A DNA stretch of 64,000 bases, taken from assembly GCA_963668355.1 (NCBI GenBank), contig OY764265.1, positions 1,536,001-1,600,000 on the forward strand, in the 5' to 3' direction. Positions 48,898 through 59,632 of this stretch are shown here, piece after piece. Source of the stretch: Bdellovibrionota bacterium (lineage in GTDB: Bacteria > Bdellovibrionota_G > JALEGL01 > DATDPG01). A program made the position numbers and the translations under genes. Within the stretch, counting starts at the first letter, position 1. Each line of letters opens with the position of its first letter. Under the pieces are notes generated by a model, which worked only from the letters and a program-made list of their open reading frames with translations, made no database searches and had not been told where the DNA came from.

Positions 48898-49770
48898 ATG
48901 GCAGATCTAGGCTTATTCCTTTCGTGTGTTTTCATTTGGGGAACCACCTGGTTTGCGATCAAATTTCAATTGGGAAATGTTGACCCTGCGTTATCCATTG
49001 CCTATCGGTTCTTTTTGGCTTCCCAGATTTTGCTGGTGTTTTGCCGACTTCGAGGATTGAAACTGAGGTTTTCATGGGGCGACCATGTGAGAATGGGGGT
49101 CCAGGGCACATTTCTCTTTTGTTTGAGCTATCTTTTTGAATATTTTGCCATTGAACATGTCACGTCGGGGTTGGTGGCCGTTCTTTTTTCGACGGTCATT
49201 GCCATGAACATCTTCAATGGTGCTCTTTTTTTTCATCAACCCATCAATGGAAAGTCTTTGATGGGAGCTGTTTTAGGGATGGTTGGGATTTTTTTGGTAT
49301 TCTCCAATGAATGGCTTTCTCTGGAAATGGATTTGAATCAATGGAAGGGAATGGCTTTTTGTTTAGTGGGAGCTTTTTTTTCTTCGATTGGGACCCTTTT
49401 TTCGGTTCAAAACCAAAAACGTGGAATTTCGGTGACCCAAGGAAATGCATACGGAATGATGTACGGATCGCTGATTACGTTTCTTTTTGTCCTATTTACG
49501 GGCACAGAAGTTCACATTGATATTTCTCCATCCTATTTAATTTCTTTGTTTTATCTGACGGTTTTTGGGTCGGTATTGGTTTTTGGAGCGTATTTAAAGC
49601 TTTTTTCTAGAATGGGAGCGGTCCGAGCTTCCTACGTGAACATTCTTTTTCCTGTGGTGGCGTTGATGATCTCCTCGTTATTTGAGATCTATGTTTGGAG
49701 CTATCTGGCAGGGTTTGGGTTTGTTCTGATTCTGCTTGGAAACTATTTTGTCTTACGCAAAAACGCCTAA
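48898..49770 (+). CDS. DMT/EamA family transporter
   Basis: IWGTTWFAIK, about 10 TM segments, YL.VFGS motif. Confidence 0.9.
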   Translation: MADLGLFLSCVFIWGTTWFAIKFQLGNVDPALSIAYRFFLASQILLVFCRLRGLKLRFSWGDHVRMGVQGTFLFCLSYLFEYFAIEHVTSGLVAVLFSTVIAMNIFNGALFFHQPINGKSLMGAVLGMVGIFLVFSNEWLSLEMDLNQWKGMAFCLVGAFFSSIGTLFSVQNQKRGISVTQGNAYGMMYGSLITFLFVLFTGTEVHIDISPSYLISLFYLTVFGSVLVFGAYLKLFSRMGAVRASYVNILFPVVALMISSLFEIYVWSYLAGFGFVLILLGNYFVLRKNA

Positions 49771-49794
49771 ATTACTGGTGAGCAATACCCTGCG

Positions 49795-50670
49795 TCAGAA
49801 TGTGAAATCAACGCCCAGGGTGATGGCTTTGGTGTTGGCGGTGTTTTTCCCGTAGACGGTTTGTTGGTATAGGACAAAGAACCCCAATAGATCGCTTGCT
49901 TTGTAAGATAGGCCGATCCCGATTCGGTCTGCGTCTTCTTCAACCGCCGGATAGAAGTTTGGCAGATTGTAAAACTGAATGCTGTCTCCACCCAATTGTT
50001 CAACATGTTGGTAAAGAAAACGGGCTGAAAACTCATTGGTGATATTGATTCCAGGTTCAATCATGATTTCAAATTGATTGGCCGGTTCGCCCAGTCGAAG
50101 GACGTAGCTGAAGCTTCCGCGGATATATGAGCGAATCGACGGTATTCGGGCTCCGGTAAGAAGGACAAGCCCAAAATCACTTTGGCCATCTCCTGGAGAG
50201 TTGGCAATTTCACCGACCGCGTACGACCCAGGAAACTTGGTAAAGCCCCTAAGTCCCAAGGAAAATCCCTCGTTAAACAAAATGTAGTTGGCGCCGAGAA
50301 AGACATCTCCCAAACCTGAGTTGGTGTCGACATCCCGGACTTCACCGTTCCAGGCTTCCACGCCCAAAATATTTCCGTCTACATCGGTTTGGACAAACAC
50401 AAAACTTCGTTGAGAGATGACGAAGGGAAGAAGGATGTCCATGGAGAAGTGTTCAACGGGAGTATACTCGGCATACAAGGCCAACTCATATTGGGTGATT
50501 TCTCCCGGAAGCGCCACGGAGGTCCCCCCTGATTTCAAAAACTGGTCCCATTGGGCTCCCGTTAAAGAAAAAGCGGTTCGCAGCGTTCCTTTTGGAGGAA
50601 CCCAAAGATGATCTGCCTTGGCAGGTAAAACCCACAAAAACAGGCAGGATATGACGAGGATAACTCGCAT
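49795..50670 (-). CDS. Outer-membrane beta-barrel channel, COG4313-like
   Basis: Signal peptide ending AKA; SGLGD and PGDGQ.D motifs; terminal Phe; start 50670 or 50673. Confidence 0.7.
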   Translation of the reverse strand: MRVILVISCLFLWVLPAKADHLWVPPKGTLRTAFSLTGAQWDQFLKSGGTSVALPGEITQYELALYAEYTPVEHFSMDILLPFVISQRSFVFVQTDVDGNILGVEAWNGEVRDVDTNSGLGDVFLGANYILFNEGFSLGLRGFTKFPGSYAVGEIANSPGDGQSDFGLVLLTGARIPSIRSYIRGSFSYVLRLGEPANQFEIMIEPGINITNEFSARFLYQHVEQLGGDSIQFYNLPNFYPAVEEDADRIGIGLSYKASDLLGFFVLYQQTVYGKNTANTKAITLGVDFTF

Positions 50671-50683
50671 CACAGGCATGGAT

Positions 50684-50700
50684 TGCAAGTTCGGCGCCAG
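50684..50700 (-). promoter_or_regulatory. sigma54 promoter
   Basis: Minus strand CTGGCGCCGAACTTGCA fits GG-N10-GC. Confidence 0.7.
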
Positions 50701-50731
50701 AGTTGATGAATGAAAGAAAGAAAAAATCTAT

Positions 50732-51136
50732 TTATTTCGATAGCTTATGTTTGTACAAATCGTAGCGATCGACCAAATACTGCACCAAGGATTCCATAGC
50801 GGGGCTTTCAAGGGGCAGGGGGGTTCCTTCCATCCGATGCTCAATGTCGGAATTGATATCTTCTTTCAAGTTCTTAAAATGATTGGCGAGCTTCTGAGGG
50901 TCGAGTTTGTGAGGCGTATCGTGGCAGGCTTTGCAAGGTCGTTTCCCCAGGTAATTGTAAATTTCTAAATTCCCCGTTTCCCAGACATTCTCCATAAAGA
51001 GCCTTTTTCCGGCTCGGACTTTTTCTTTGGAGAGCATTGCAGGCAACTTTGGCGGAGGAGGAGGTACATACGTCTGGGAGGCAAAAGTCCATGTCGCCAT
51101 TCCCAAAACAGCTATGCCAATGAAAAACCGCTTCAT
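50732..51136 (-). CDS. Monoheme c-type cytochrome
   Basis: Signal peptide; GKRLF...CKACH; downstream Met candidates for axial ligand. Confidence 0.75.
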   Translation of the reverse strand: MKRFFIGIAVLGMATWTFASQTYVPPPPPKLPAMLSKEKVRAGKRLFMENVWETGNLEIYNYLGKRPCKACHDTPHKLDPQKLANHFKNLKEDINSDIEHRMEGTPLPLESPAMESLVQYLVDRYDLYKHKLSK

Positions 51137-52806
51137 AATTTTCCGGATCGTATGATCGAAAACAAGAGTCCCAAACCAAGAACTCCTGCTAAGACGTATC
51201 CTACCACACCGAAGAGGGGCATGTTGAGAAAGTGCGGCCCCCGATCCGCAAAAGTTAGAACAGAGGACCCCACCACTAAACCGGCAATGACGACAGCGAA
51301 TGCCATTCGATTGGAAGCCCGATCTAGTTCGGTAATGGCCCGATTTAAATGTTCAACATTCAATTTGACCGAAACCTCATTGGCCATGAGTCTTTGAAGT
51401 AGATGTTTGATTTGTGTGGGAAGATTGCGAAAGTCTTTAAGGTTCCACATCACCTCTCGTACCAGATGGGTAGGTCGAAATTGTCTTTTGACAATCTCAC
51501 CTGCAAATTCCTGCCCTTCCTTCAGAAGATCAATGTCTGGATCCAATTTGCGAATCATGTCCTCCGCCAAAATCAGAACGCGCCCCACTAAAACTAAATC
51601 GCGGGGCAGGCGAATGCGGTGCTTTCCCGCCACAGATGCGGCCTTAGTAAGGACAGAGCCCAGGTCTATGTGGCCGATGGAGCGACCAAAGAGCGGGCTC
51701 AGGAGCTTTTCCAAGTCATCCGAAAAACGCTCAATATTGATCGGCCCCAAGGGTTTCCCAAGTTCGATGTATTCGCGAGCCAGGTTCCCGTAGTCATGAG
51801 AAAGAAGAGATACGAAAATGCTCGCAAGAGAGGATTTTGCGTTAAAGCCGAGTCGACCCACCTCACCGAAATCCACAAAGGCGATACGATTCCCAGGGAG
51901 CGCAAAAACATTTCCTCCATGTAGATCAGCATGAAACAGTCCATGAATGAAAAGTTGTTTTAAAAAGGCGTCCACGCCAACCTTGCACAATCGTTTTAAG
52001 TCGTAACCCTCACGTTTTAAACGGTCAATATCGTAAAATGGAACGCCTTCGATTTCCTCCATTGTGAGAATTCTGCGTGAAGTCATTTCCCAATAAATCT
52101 CAGGGATCACGACCGCTTCGGTGTCCTCAAAGTTGGCTCGAATGACGTCGATGTTCTGGGCCTCCTCAATGAAGTTGGTTGCACTGCGAATCAAGGAGGA
52201 AAATTCATCCACAATTCCAACGGGGTCGAAGGTCTCCAGTTCAGATAAGTATTTTTCCGCAAGTTTCGCGAGAAAGAACAAAATGGATAAATCCGTTTCG
52301 ATGGTCTTTTCAATTTTTGGACGTTGAACTTTTACAACGACCTTTTTGCCATCCTTTAAGGTGGCTCGATGAACTTGTGCAATGCTCGCGGCAGCCAAAG
52401 GCTTTTCTTCAAAGTTAGAAAAAGCTTCTGAAAGGGGTGTGTCCAATTCATCTTCGATGAGGGCTTGAATTTCTGAAAAGGCCACGGGTTGAACCCGATC
52501 TTTGAGTCGTTCAAACGCTTTGGAAAATTCTACTGTCACCAAGTCGGGTCTTCCGGAAAGCATTTGCCCCAATTTGACGAATGCGGGCCCCAATTCCTCG
52601 AATGCGTCGCATAGTCTTTCTGCTGGACTCCGTCGCTCCAGCTCTTTGGAATCCATTTTTTTAGAAGCGGATATTTGCCTGGAGAGGCCCAGGGACTCAA
52701 TGAGTTGAGAAAATCCGTATTTGGCCAAGACCGTTAAAATCTGTCGCGTTCTTTTGATGTTCTTATAGGCACGATTCAAATTGGGAATGCCACTCATGGA
52801 AGCCAT
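51133..52806 (-). CDS. AarF/ABC1/UbiB family kinase-like protein
   Basis: LGPAFVKLGQ, AAASIAQVH, VVKVQRP, FHADLHGGN, DFG; two C-terminal TMs. Confidence 0.95.
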   Translation of the reverse strand: MASMSGIPNLNRAYKNIKRTRQILTVLAKYGFSQLIESLGLSRQISASKKMDSKELERRSPAERLCDAFEELGPAFVKLGQMLSGRPDLVTVEFSKAFERLKDRVQPVAFSEIQALIEDELDTPLSEAFSNFEEKPLAAASIAQVHRATLKDGKKVVVKVQRPKIEKTIETDLSILFFLAKLAEKYLSELETFDPVGIVDEFSSLIRSATNFIEEAQNIDVIRANFEDTEAVVIPEIYWEMTSRRILTMEEIEGVPFYDIDRLKREGYDLKRLCKVGVDAFLKQLFIHGLFHADLHGGNVFALPGNRIAFVDFGEVGRLGFNAKSSLASIFVSLLSHDYGNLAREYIELGKPLGPINIERFSDDLEKLLSPLFGRSIGHIDLGSVLTKAASVAGKHRIRLPRDLVLVGRVLILAEDMIRKLDPDIDLLKEGQEFAGEIVKRQFRPTHLVREVMWNLKDFRNLPTQIKHLLQRLMANEVSVKLNVEHLNRAITELDRASNRMAFAVVIAGLVVGSSVLTFADRGPHFLNMPLFGVVGYVLAGVLGLGLLFSIIRSGKL

Positions 52807-52857
52807 AGGGTGATCCTCTCTGAGTGGAGCATCAAAATCAAGGTTTGTGTTCCGCGT

Positions 52858-54921
52858 CTAGGTCAAGGCAAAATCAATTTGAATTCGCTCCAAGGAGGCT
52901 TCGATGGTTCGTACCTTCACGGGGTCTCCCAATCGATATGTTTTCCCCCATCTTCGACCTTTCATGACCATGTTTTGTTCATCAAAGTGAAACCGGTCTT
53001 TTCGCATGAATGAAACGTGGACAAAGCCCTCAATCGGAACATCGATCAATTCGACAAAGAGTCCTTTGGAGACCATTCCTGTGATTCGGCCAGAAAAGGT
53101 TTCTCCGGACCGTTCATTTAAAAATCGAATGCCCTTCACTTTTTGAATCTCCCTCTCCGCGGTAACGGATTTGCGTTCTTGTTCCGAGATGTGAACACAA
53201 ACATTCTGAAGGGTCTGAAATTCTCGCGGAAAAATTTTTGTTGAAGATCCTTTTTGATCCAAAAAAAGATGAATCAAGCGATGGACGAGAAGATCTGAGT
53301 ATCTTCGGATGGGCGATGTGAAATGGCAGTAATGTGAAAATCCCAGACCAAAGTGTCCGATGTTTTCCGTGGAATAACGTGCCTGAGACATGGATCGTAA
53401 GAGAAAGTTGTGAAAGACGTCTTTGCGGTCGTCTTTCTCGAATCGTTGGATGAGGTACAGAATGAGTTCTCGCTCACTCTGTTTCTTGCTTCCAATCTCA
53501 TACCCATAGTTTCGTAAGATTCTTAAAAAATCAGAAAGCTTCTGTTGAACCGGAACGTCATGCACACGAAATGGAAGGGAGAAGCCTTTTTCCGAAAGCG
53601 TACGCGCCACTTCCTTATTCGCCCACAGCATGAACTCTTCTACAATTCGATGCGCCCAGGTTCGTTCTTCCCAACCTAAATTTGCGGTTTCTTGCTCGGC
53701 ATCTAGTTGGATATTGATCTCAGGGAAGTCGAAGTCTACACCGCCAATCTCCATCCGCTCCTTAAACAAAGACTTGGCTTTTCGAAGCATCCGGTGAAGC
53801 ATCTCTTCCGTGGAGTCCTTTGGAGATCGATTTAAAGTCTCCCAAACAGAAGCGTAGGTGAGTCGCCGTTTTGAGATGATCCGTGCTCGATAGATTTCGG
53901 TCGTTGGGGGATCTTCGTTGAAGTTGGTTTTAAGGACCAAGGCCAGACGCTCTTCATTTGGCTTTAGACTGCAAGCTTCTGAGGAAAGTGCAGGGGGTAG
54001 CATGGGAAGGGCCCGATCCGGGAAATAGAAACTATTTCCTCGCTTGGCCGCCTCCAGGTCCAATGGACTTTCGGGAGGGACGAAACAACTTACGTCAGCA
54101 ATGGCCACCCACAGATTTCCTTCGTCATCCAGGGCGATGGCATCGTCAAAATCATGAGCCGTGTCACCATCGACCGTGACAAAAGGCACATGCTTTAAAT
54201 CCATACGGTCATCTTGAGGAGGGCGCGTCTCTTCAGCCGCCGACAAAAGACCTTTGGAAAATTCCAACGAAAGGCCATGTCGGTGAGCCACCAAGGGAGT
54301 GTCGACTGAAGGATCCATTAAGGAGCCCAGTATTTGCTTGAGTCGGCCCTGAAGGAAATCGTGCGTAGATGCTTTCCAGTCGATGCTGACGACCCCGACA
54401 GGTTCATTCTGATCAAAAAGTGTCGAGGGAAGGGGGGCTTTAAGGTAGATCCAAGAAGAAAACTCTCTTCCAATGGGCAAAACATAAGGCTCTCCGAATT
54501 CGTCCTGTTTGATGACTCCGACGACTTGTTGAACTCCACGTTCCAAGATTTTCTGAATTTTCCCCTCATCCCGGTTCGATAAAGGTTTAATTTGAACCCG
54601 GTCCCGAGGAAAAACATCTCTCAAGCCGTTTTTGGGTATGTAGATGTCTGGGCCTCCCCCATCTGGCGTGACAAATCCATACCCTTTGGGGTGGATGTGG
54701 ATGGTGCCCGTGATGCTTTTGCCAGATTCAATCGCTAGGTATCTGCGGCTGCGCAATTTTTGAACACGCCCCTCTCGGCATAGCTCCAAAAGGGAAGCTT
54801 TTAGTTTTTTCCGCTGGCCGGCTCGAACCCGAAAAAAAGCGCAAAGCTCCCGCAGGTTGGGCGGGTTTTTTGTGCGGGCCTTGAGGTGTTCGATCAGCGC
54901 CTCACGTGAAAAATTTGAGAT
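52858..54921 (-). CDS. rnr: Ribonuclease R; proposed start at non-canonical ATC 54921
   Basis: DGDTAHDFDDA, EEFML, HFTSPIRRYSD, S1 domain; frame open 44 codons upstream of TTG 54789, encoding a wHTH-like N-terminus. Confidence 0.9.
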   Translation of the reverse strand: MSNFSREALIEHLKARTKNPPNLRELCAFFRVRAGQRKKLKASLLELCREGRVQKLRSRRYLAIESGKSITGTIHIHPKGYGFVTPDGGGPDIYIPKNGLRDVFPRDRVQIKPLSNRDEGKIQKILERGVQQVVGVIKQDEFGEPYVLPIGREFSSWIYLKAPLPSTLFDQNEPVGVVSIDWKASTHDFLQGRLKQILGSLMDPSVDTPLVAHRHGLSLEFSKGLLSAAEETRPPQDDRMDLKHVPFVTVDGDTAHDFDDAIALDDEGNLWVAIADVSCFVPPESPLDLEAAKRGNSFYFPDRALPMLPPALSSEACSLKPNEERLALVLKTNFNEDPPTTEIYRARIISKRRLTYASVWETLNRSPKDSTEEMLHRMLRKAKSLFKERMEIGGVDFDFPEINIQLDAEQETANLGWEERTWAHRIVEEFMLWANKEVARTLSEKGFSLPFRVHDVPVQQKLSDFLRILRNYGYEIGSKKQSERELILYLIQRFEKDDRKDVFHNFLLRSMSQARYSTENIGHFGLGFSHYCHFTSPIRRYSDLLVHRLIHLFLDQKGSSTKIFPREFQTLQNVCVHISEQERKSVTAEREIQKVKGIRFLNERSGETFSGRITGMVSKGLFVELIDVPIEGFVHVSFMRKDRFHFDEQNMVMKGRRWGKTYRLGDPVKVRTIEASLERIQIDFALT

Positions 54922-54941
54922 GTTCCTTCTCCCTTAAAAAA

Positions 54942-54970
54942 TTGATTTCACCGAAGATTAAGCATAGCAT
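54942..54970. promoter_or_regulatory. Overlapping divergent sigma70 promoters for rnr and the PilZ gene
   Basis: Plus strand TTGATT-17-TAGCAT; minus strand TGcTATGCT at 54969-54961. Confidence 0.55.
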
Positions 54971-55000
54971 TTGCGTCGGAAAGGGGCGACCATAGAGACG

Positions 55001-55387
55001 ATGACAGAGAATGCTCATGCAGAGCGACGAAAATTTCCCAGAGTGGCTGTAGACTGTCTGGTGCGCTATCGTCCTTCTCAAGCCGCCAAAGGTGCCCGAA
55101 TTCGTGAAGACCGCTTGATGACACTGGGTGAGGGGGGCTGTTTCGTTCAATCAAAATTGACGTATCCGAAAGATACGAATTTGGATTTACGATTCGATCT
55201 GGAGGGACACGAGTTTATGGTGATGGGGCGAGTGGTGTACTCCATCCCTTTCAATCCAAAAGTGGAAACCGTTCAATTTCCTGGAATGGGCGTGCAATTT
55301 GTCGGCGCGCAGGATCCTCTCCTTCAAACCATTCGAAAAATCGTGGCACGCGAACAATTGAAAGCCGGCTTGGGCGTCACCGAATAA
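55001..55387 (+). CDS. Stand-alone PilZ domain protein
   Basis: ERRKFPR, TLGEGGCFV, GRVVY..PGMGVQF. Confidence 0.85.
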   Translation: MTENAHAERRKFPRVAVDCLVRYRPSQAAKGARIREDRLMTLGEGGCFVQSKLTYPKDTNLDLRFDLEGHEFMVMGRVVYSIPFNPKVETVQFPGMGVQFVGAQDPLLQTIRKIVAREQLKAGLGVTE

Positions 55388-55441
55388 TTTGCCCCTTAAA
55401 TTCTAGACCTTCTTTTTTGGGCGAGTAAAATTCGGCCCACT

Positions 55442-56752
55442 ATGAAAATTGGTGTCATTGGAACGGGTTATGTTGGATTGGTTACGGGAACGTGCTTTGC
55501 GGAGACCGGAAATGATGTTGTCTGTGTGGATACGATCCAAGAAAAAATTGATTGTTTGAAGGGTGGAAAGATCCCTTTTTATGAGCCGGGTCTCGAAGAC
55601 CTCGTACAACGAAACATGAAAGAGAAGCGGCTTTCCTTCACGATGAGTATGGAAGAAGCCGTGAAAGATGCCGAAATCACATTTATTTGTGTGGGTACGC
55701 CTTCGAAAGCAGATGGATCTGCCAATTTAGATTATGTGATGACGGCTGCGGAACAAGTCGCTCGGATCAATGCCCAAACCGTCATTGCGATCAAGAGTAC
55801 GGTTCCGGTGGGTACGAATGATTGCGTTCGGGAACATTTGGAAAAAGCGGGACATCAAAATCTTTCCATGGCTTCAAACCCCGAATTCCTTCGGGAGGGA
55901 GCGGCTGTCCAAGATTGTATGCTTCCTGACCGAGTCGTCGTGGGAACGAATAAGCCTGAACTGGCGGAACTTTTTAAAAAACTCTATGCCCCGTTTATCC
56001 GAACCGGAAACCCTCTTTTCATCATGGACATTCGTTCCGCGGAGCTGACCAAGTATGCTGCAAATTCACTATTGGCCATGCGCATTTCGTTCATGAACGA
56101 AATTTCAATGATCTGCGATAAGGTCGGTGCGGACATTACGAAAATTCGACAAGGTGTCGGAGCCGATCGTCGAATTGGTCCCCAATACTTATTTCCGAGC
56201 GTAGGCTTTGGAGGCTCGTGTTTTCCTAAAGATGTGCGTGCCATGGTTTCCTTGGCGAAAGAAAAGGGCGTGAAGCCCCGTTTGTTGAATGAAACGTTGG
56301 AGGTCAACGAAGCCCAGAAACACTATTTTGCCGATCGCGTGATCGAATATTTGGGTGGGGACAAAGCCAAGGGAAAGCACGTCGCCATGTGGGGCTTGGC
56401 GTTTAAGGCCAAGACGGATGATGTTCGCGAATCTCCCGCATTGACGGTTGTGGATCGTCTTCTGGATGCGGGGATTCAGGTGACGGTGTATGACCCTGTG
56501 GCGATTTCCAATGTCAAAGCAGATTATGGGGACCGACTTCTTTACGCAGAAGATTCCTATATGGCCACCGAAGGAGCGGAAGCCTTATTGGTTATGACCG
56601 AGTGGAACCAATTTCGTCATCCGAATTTCGGAAAGGTGAAATTGGGACTGAAGTCCCCTGTCGTTTTTGACGGTCGAAACCTTTATGAACCCGAAGAAAT
56701 GAAGGTTCTGGGGTTTGAATATTTCAGTATCGGTCGGCCCGAAGCGAATTAG
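55442..56752 (+). CDS. ugd: UDP-glucose 6-dehydrogenase family protein
   Basis: GTGYVGL, KSTVP, PEFLREG, GFGGSCFPKD. Confidence 0.93.
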   Translation: MKIGVIGTGYVGLVTGTCFAETGNDVVCVDTIQEKIDCLKGGKIPFYEPGLEDLVQRNMKEKRLSFTMSMEEAVKDAEITFICVGTPSKADGSANLDYVMTAAEQVARINAQTVIAIKSTVPVGTNDCVREHLEKAGHQNLSMASNPEFLREGAAVQDCMLPDRVVVGTNKPELAELFKKLYAPFIRTGNPLFIMDIRSAELTKYAANSLLAMRISFMNEISMICDKVGADITKIRQGVGADRRIGPQYLFPSVGFGGSCFPKDVRAMVSLAKEKGVKPRLLNETLEVNEAQKHYFADRVIEYLGGDKAKGKHVAMWGLAFKAKTDDVRESPALTVVDRLLDAGIQVTVYDPVAISNVKADYGDRLLYAEDSYMATEGAEALLVMTEWNQFRHPNFGKVKLGLKSPVVFDGRNLYEPEEMKVLGFEYFSIGRPEAN

Positions 56753-57867
56753 CTTTTGTAAAAAGCCTGAATCGCCGTGACCACCTGACTCTGTTGTTCG
56801 GGCGAAAGTTCCCCATAGATGGGAATGGCCAAGGTTTCTTGAGCCGCCTTTTCACTTTCCGGAAAGTCCCCCTCTTTATATCCAAGATGCGCAAAGCATT
56901 CCTGCATATGAAGGCAAAGCGGATAATAAATTTCATTTCCAATGCCGGCTTCGGTGAGGTGCTTTTTGAGGGCATCTCGGTTCTCAGCTCGAATCACATA
57001 TTGGTTGAAAATGTGGCGATCTCCAGGGCGTCTCCAGGGGGTGATGACCTTTTCTCCCAAATCCGCATTTTTGAAAAGTTCGTCATAGTGATCCGCATTT
57101 TTCTGACGAGCTTGGGTCCAAGAATCCAGGTGTTTGAGTTTGACCCGTAAAACCGCAGCCTGAAGCGCATCTAAACGAAAATTGCCGCCGATAAATTTAT
57201 GGTAATACTTGGGCTTGGAGCCATGATTGCGAAAGATTCGAAGCCTTTCAGCCAATTCCTCATCACACGTAGTCACCATTCCGCCATCGCCTAGACATCC
57301 CAGATTTTTTGAGGGGAAGAAGCTGAAGCAGCCGACCGTTCCCATCGAACCGGCTCGTTTTCCCTTGTATTCGGTTCCGATGGCCTGAGCCGCATCTTCA
57401 ATGACGGCAATATTTCTTTTTTTGCAGAGATCCAAGAGGGGATCCATGTCGGTAGCCTGGCCATACAAATGAACGGGAATGATGGCTTTGGTTTTTTCGG
57501 TAAACGCCTGCTCAAGTTTTTCCGGATTCATATTGTACGTTTTGGGATCAATATCCACGAAAACTGGCTTGGCACCGACGCGAGCGATGGCGCCGACCGT
57601 TGCAAAAAACGTGTAGGGGGTGGTGATGACTTCGTCCCCTTGGCCAACACCCAATGTCATGAGGGAAATGATTAAGGCATCACTTCCGGATGAGACGCCT
57701 ACGCCCGATTTTGCATTGACGTACGAAGCGACTTCCGATTCTAGACCTTGAACTTCAGGCCCCTGAATGTAGCGATGTGTCGCCAACACGCCGTCAATGG
57801 CCGCGCGAATCTCTTTCTCAATCGGATTAAACTGAGCCGCAATATCTAACAGTGGAACTTTACTCAT
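56749..57867 (-). CDS. DegT family aminotransferase, WbpE-like
   Basis: [30 protein letters not shown]; start 57867. Confidence 0.93.
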   Translation of the reverse strand: MSKVPLLDIAAQFNPIEKEIRAAIDGVLATHRYIQGPEVQGLESEVASYVNAKSGVGVSSGSDALIISLMTLGVGQGDEVITTPYTFFATVGAIARVGAKPVFVDIDPKTYNMNPEKLEQAFTEKTKAIIPVHLYGQATDMDPLLDLCKKRNIAVIEDAAQAIGTEYKGKRAGSMGTVGCFSFFPSKNLGCLGDGGMVTTCDEELAERLRIFRNHGSKPKYYHKFIGGNFRLDALQAAVLRVKLKHLDSWTQARQKNADHYDELFKNADLGEKVITPWRRPGDRHIFNQYVIRAENRDALKKHLTEAGIGNEIYYPLCLHMQECFAHLGYKEGDFPESEKAAQETLAIPIYGELSPEQQSQVVTAIQAFYKS

Positions 57868-58444
57868 CGAGAAAAACCAACCCTTCTTCTGTGATTTCAT
57901 ATTCGTGGTTGCATCCTTTGCAACGCAAATGATCTTGAATGGGGGATAGACGTACGCCGCAGGCGCAGACCCACCCCTTTTGAACCGCCGGAACCCCAAC
58001 CATAAGCGCGTGGCTCGGAACGTCTCGATTCACGACCGCTCCAGCCCCAATAAACGCATATTTTCCAATGCTGTTGCCGCACACGATGGTCGCGTTGGCT
58101 CCGATGGTTGCACCTTTTTTTACAATTGTTTTTCGAAACTCATCTTTTCGTTCAATATGTGCCCTCGGATTCATAACATTTGTAAACACCATCGAAGGCC
58201 CACAAAACACATTGTCTTCAATTTCGACGCCCGCATAGACCGAAACATTGTTTTGGATTTTGACACCATTGCCAATTTTGACACCCGGTCCGATAAGAAC
58301 GTTTTGGCCCAAAACACAATCTTGGCCTAACTTGGCACCAGTCTGAACGTGACAAAAATGCCAAACGCGAGTGCCCTTTCCAATTTCACAGCCATCATCT
58401 ACATATGCAGATTCATGTACAAAAAAGTTCGGTTTCTCAGTCAC
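57860..58444 (-). CDS. Hexapeptide-repeat N-acetyltransferase, WbpD-like
   Basis: [26 protein letters not shown]-terminal CACG..CKGC. Confidence 0.92.
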   Translation of the reverse strand: MTEKPNFFVHESAYVDDGCEIGKGTRVWHFCHVQTGAKLGQDCVLGQNVLIGPGVKIGNGVKIQNNVSVYAGVEIEDNVFCGPSMVFTNVMNPRAHIERKDEFRKTIVKKGATIGANATIVCGNSIGKYAFIGAGAVVNRDVPSHALMVGVPAVQKGWVCACGVRLSPIQDHLRCKGCNHEYEITEEGLVFLDE

Positions 58445-58452
58445 GGAATCTC

Positions 58453-59466
58453 CTAGTCGCGATAGTCCAATACTTGAACCGGTTGGCCATTCATTTGCAG
58501 AGAACGCTGCCCACTTTGCAGAACCTTCAAAACCCGAGCGCCTTCATTTCCATCCGTTCGGGGCTGCTCCCGCGTTTGAATGCAATTTAAAAAATGCTCA
58601 CATTCAGAACGAAGCGGTTCAGCATCTTCATTGAAGGAAACAGGTTTCCCCTCCGGTTTTTTGGCCACGAATTGACCGTTCACGTGTTCGATGTTCTTGT
58701 CGAACATGAGTAGCTTCTCACCCTTGGGCGCGCGATCATCAAAAACGGCCATTTTTTTGGATCCGACCACCACCAACCGTTGTTCTTTGAAAGGATGGAG
58801 CCAGCTTACATAGATGTGAGCCTGAACCCCGTTATCGAAGATGTACGTGGAAATGGTTGTGTCGGCGACATTGGGTTGAAGATAATTTCCTCCAACGGCA
58901 TTGACCTGCACCGGCATGCTTTCCGTGAGCCAGAGCATGATCGAAATGTCATGGGGCGCAAACGACCAGAGAATGTTTTCCTCCGACCGAATTTTCCCCA
59001 AATTTAGTCGATTGGAATAAATGTATTCGACGTTTCCAAGCTCCCCCGAAGAGACCAACTCTTTTAGTTTGACCACAGCAGGGTGATATTGCAGGAGATG
59101 CCCAACCATCAAAATTCGTTCATGCTTTTTAGCGAGGTCCACCAGGTCTCGGGCTTCTCCATATCGAAGGGCAACCGGTTTTTCCACGAAGGCATCTTTT
59201 CCGGCCTCAATGGCCATTTTCGCGACCTCATAGTGGGTCTCGGCGGGAGAAGCAATGACAACGCCTGATACCTCGGGATCCTTCATTATGGACTCAAGCG
59301 TTGTGTATTTGTCAGAAAGACCATATTGGTTCGCCATCTCTTTTCGGCGATCCACGTCAGCATCGTAAACCCCCGCTAAAGCCTCCAAATTTGCAAAATT
59401 TCGAACATGGTTTTTACCCCAGTGTCCCGTTCCAATAACCACGATTTTCGGTGCATTTTGTCCCAT
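58453..59466 (-). CDS. Gfo/Idh/MocA oxidoreductase, WbpB-like
   Basis: [24 protein letters not shown]; start 59466. Confidence 0.9.
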   Translation of the reverse strand: MGQNAPKIVVIGTGHWGKNHVRNFANLEALAGVYDADVDRRKEMANQYGLSDKYTTLESIMKDPEVSGVVIASPAETHYEVAKMAIEAGKDAFVEKPVALRYGEARDLVDLAKKHERILMVGHLLQYHPAVVKLKELVSSGELGNVEYIYSNRLNLGKIRSEENILWSFAPHDISIMLWLTESMPVQVNAVGGNYLQPNVADTTISTYIFDNGVQAHIYVSWLHPFKEQRLVVVGSKKMAVFDDRAPKGEKLLMFDKNIEHVNGQFVAKKPEGKPVSFNEDAEPLRSECEHFLNCIQTREQPRTDGNEGARVLKVLQSGQRSLQMNGQPVQVLDYRD

Positions 59467-59632
59467 AGCGGCAGGCATAATAGTCCTATTTATGCAGTTT
59501 ACAAGCGTTGCGGAAGGTCGTTTTAAGGACAAAAATAAACCCCGAAATCCCGTGTTTTTAGGTTTCACGCAGCGAGCGAAAGAGAAAAGGCTTGGTCTGA
59601 GAATAAGCTCCTTTTATCCTTTGTTACGGAAA

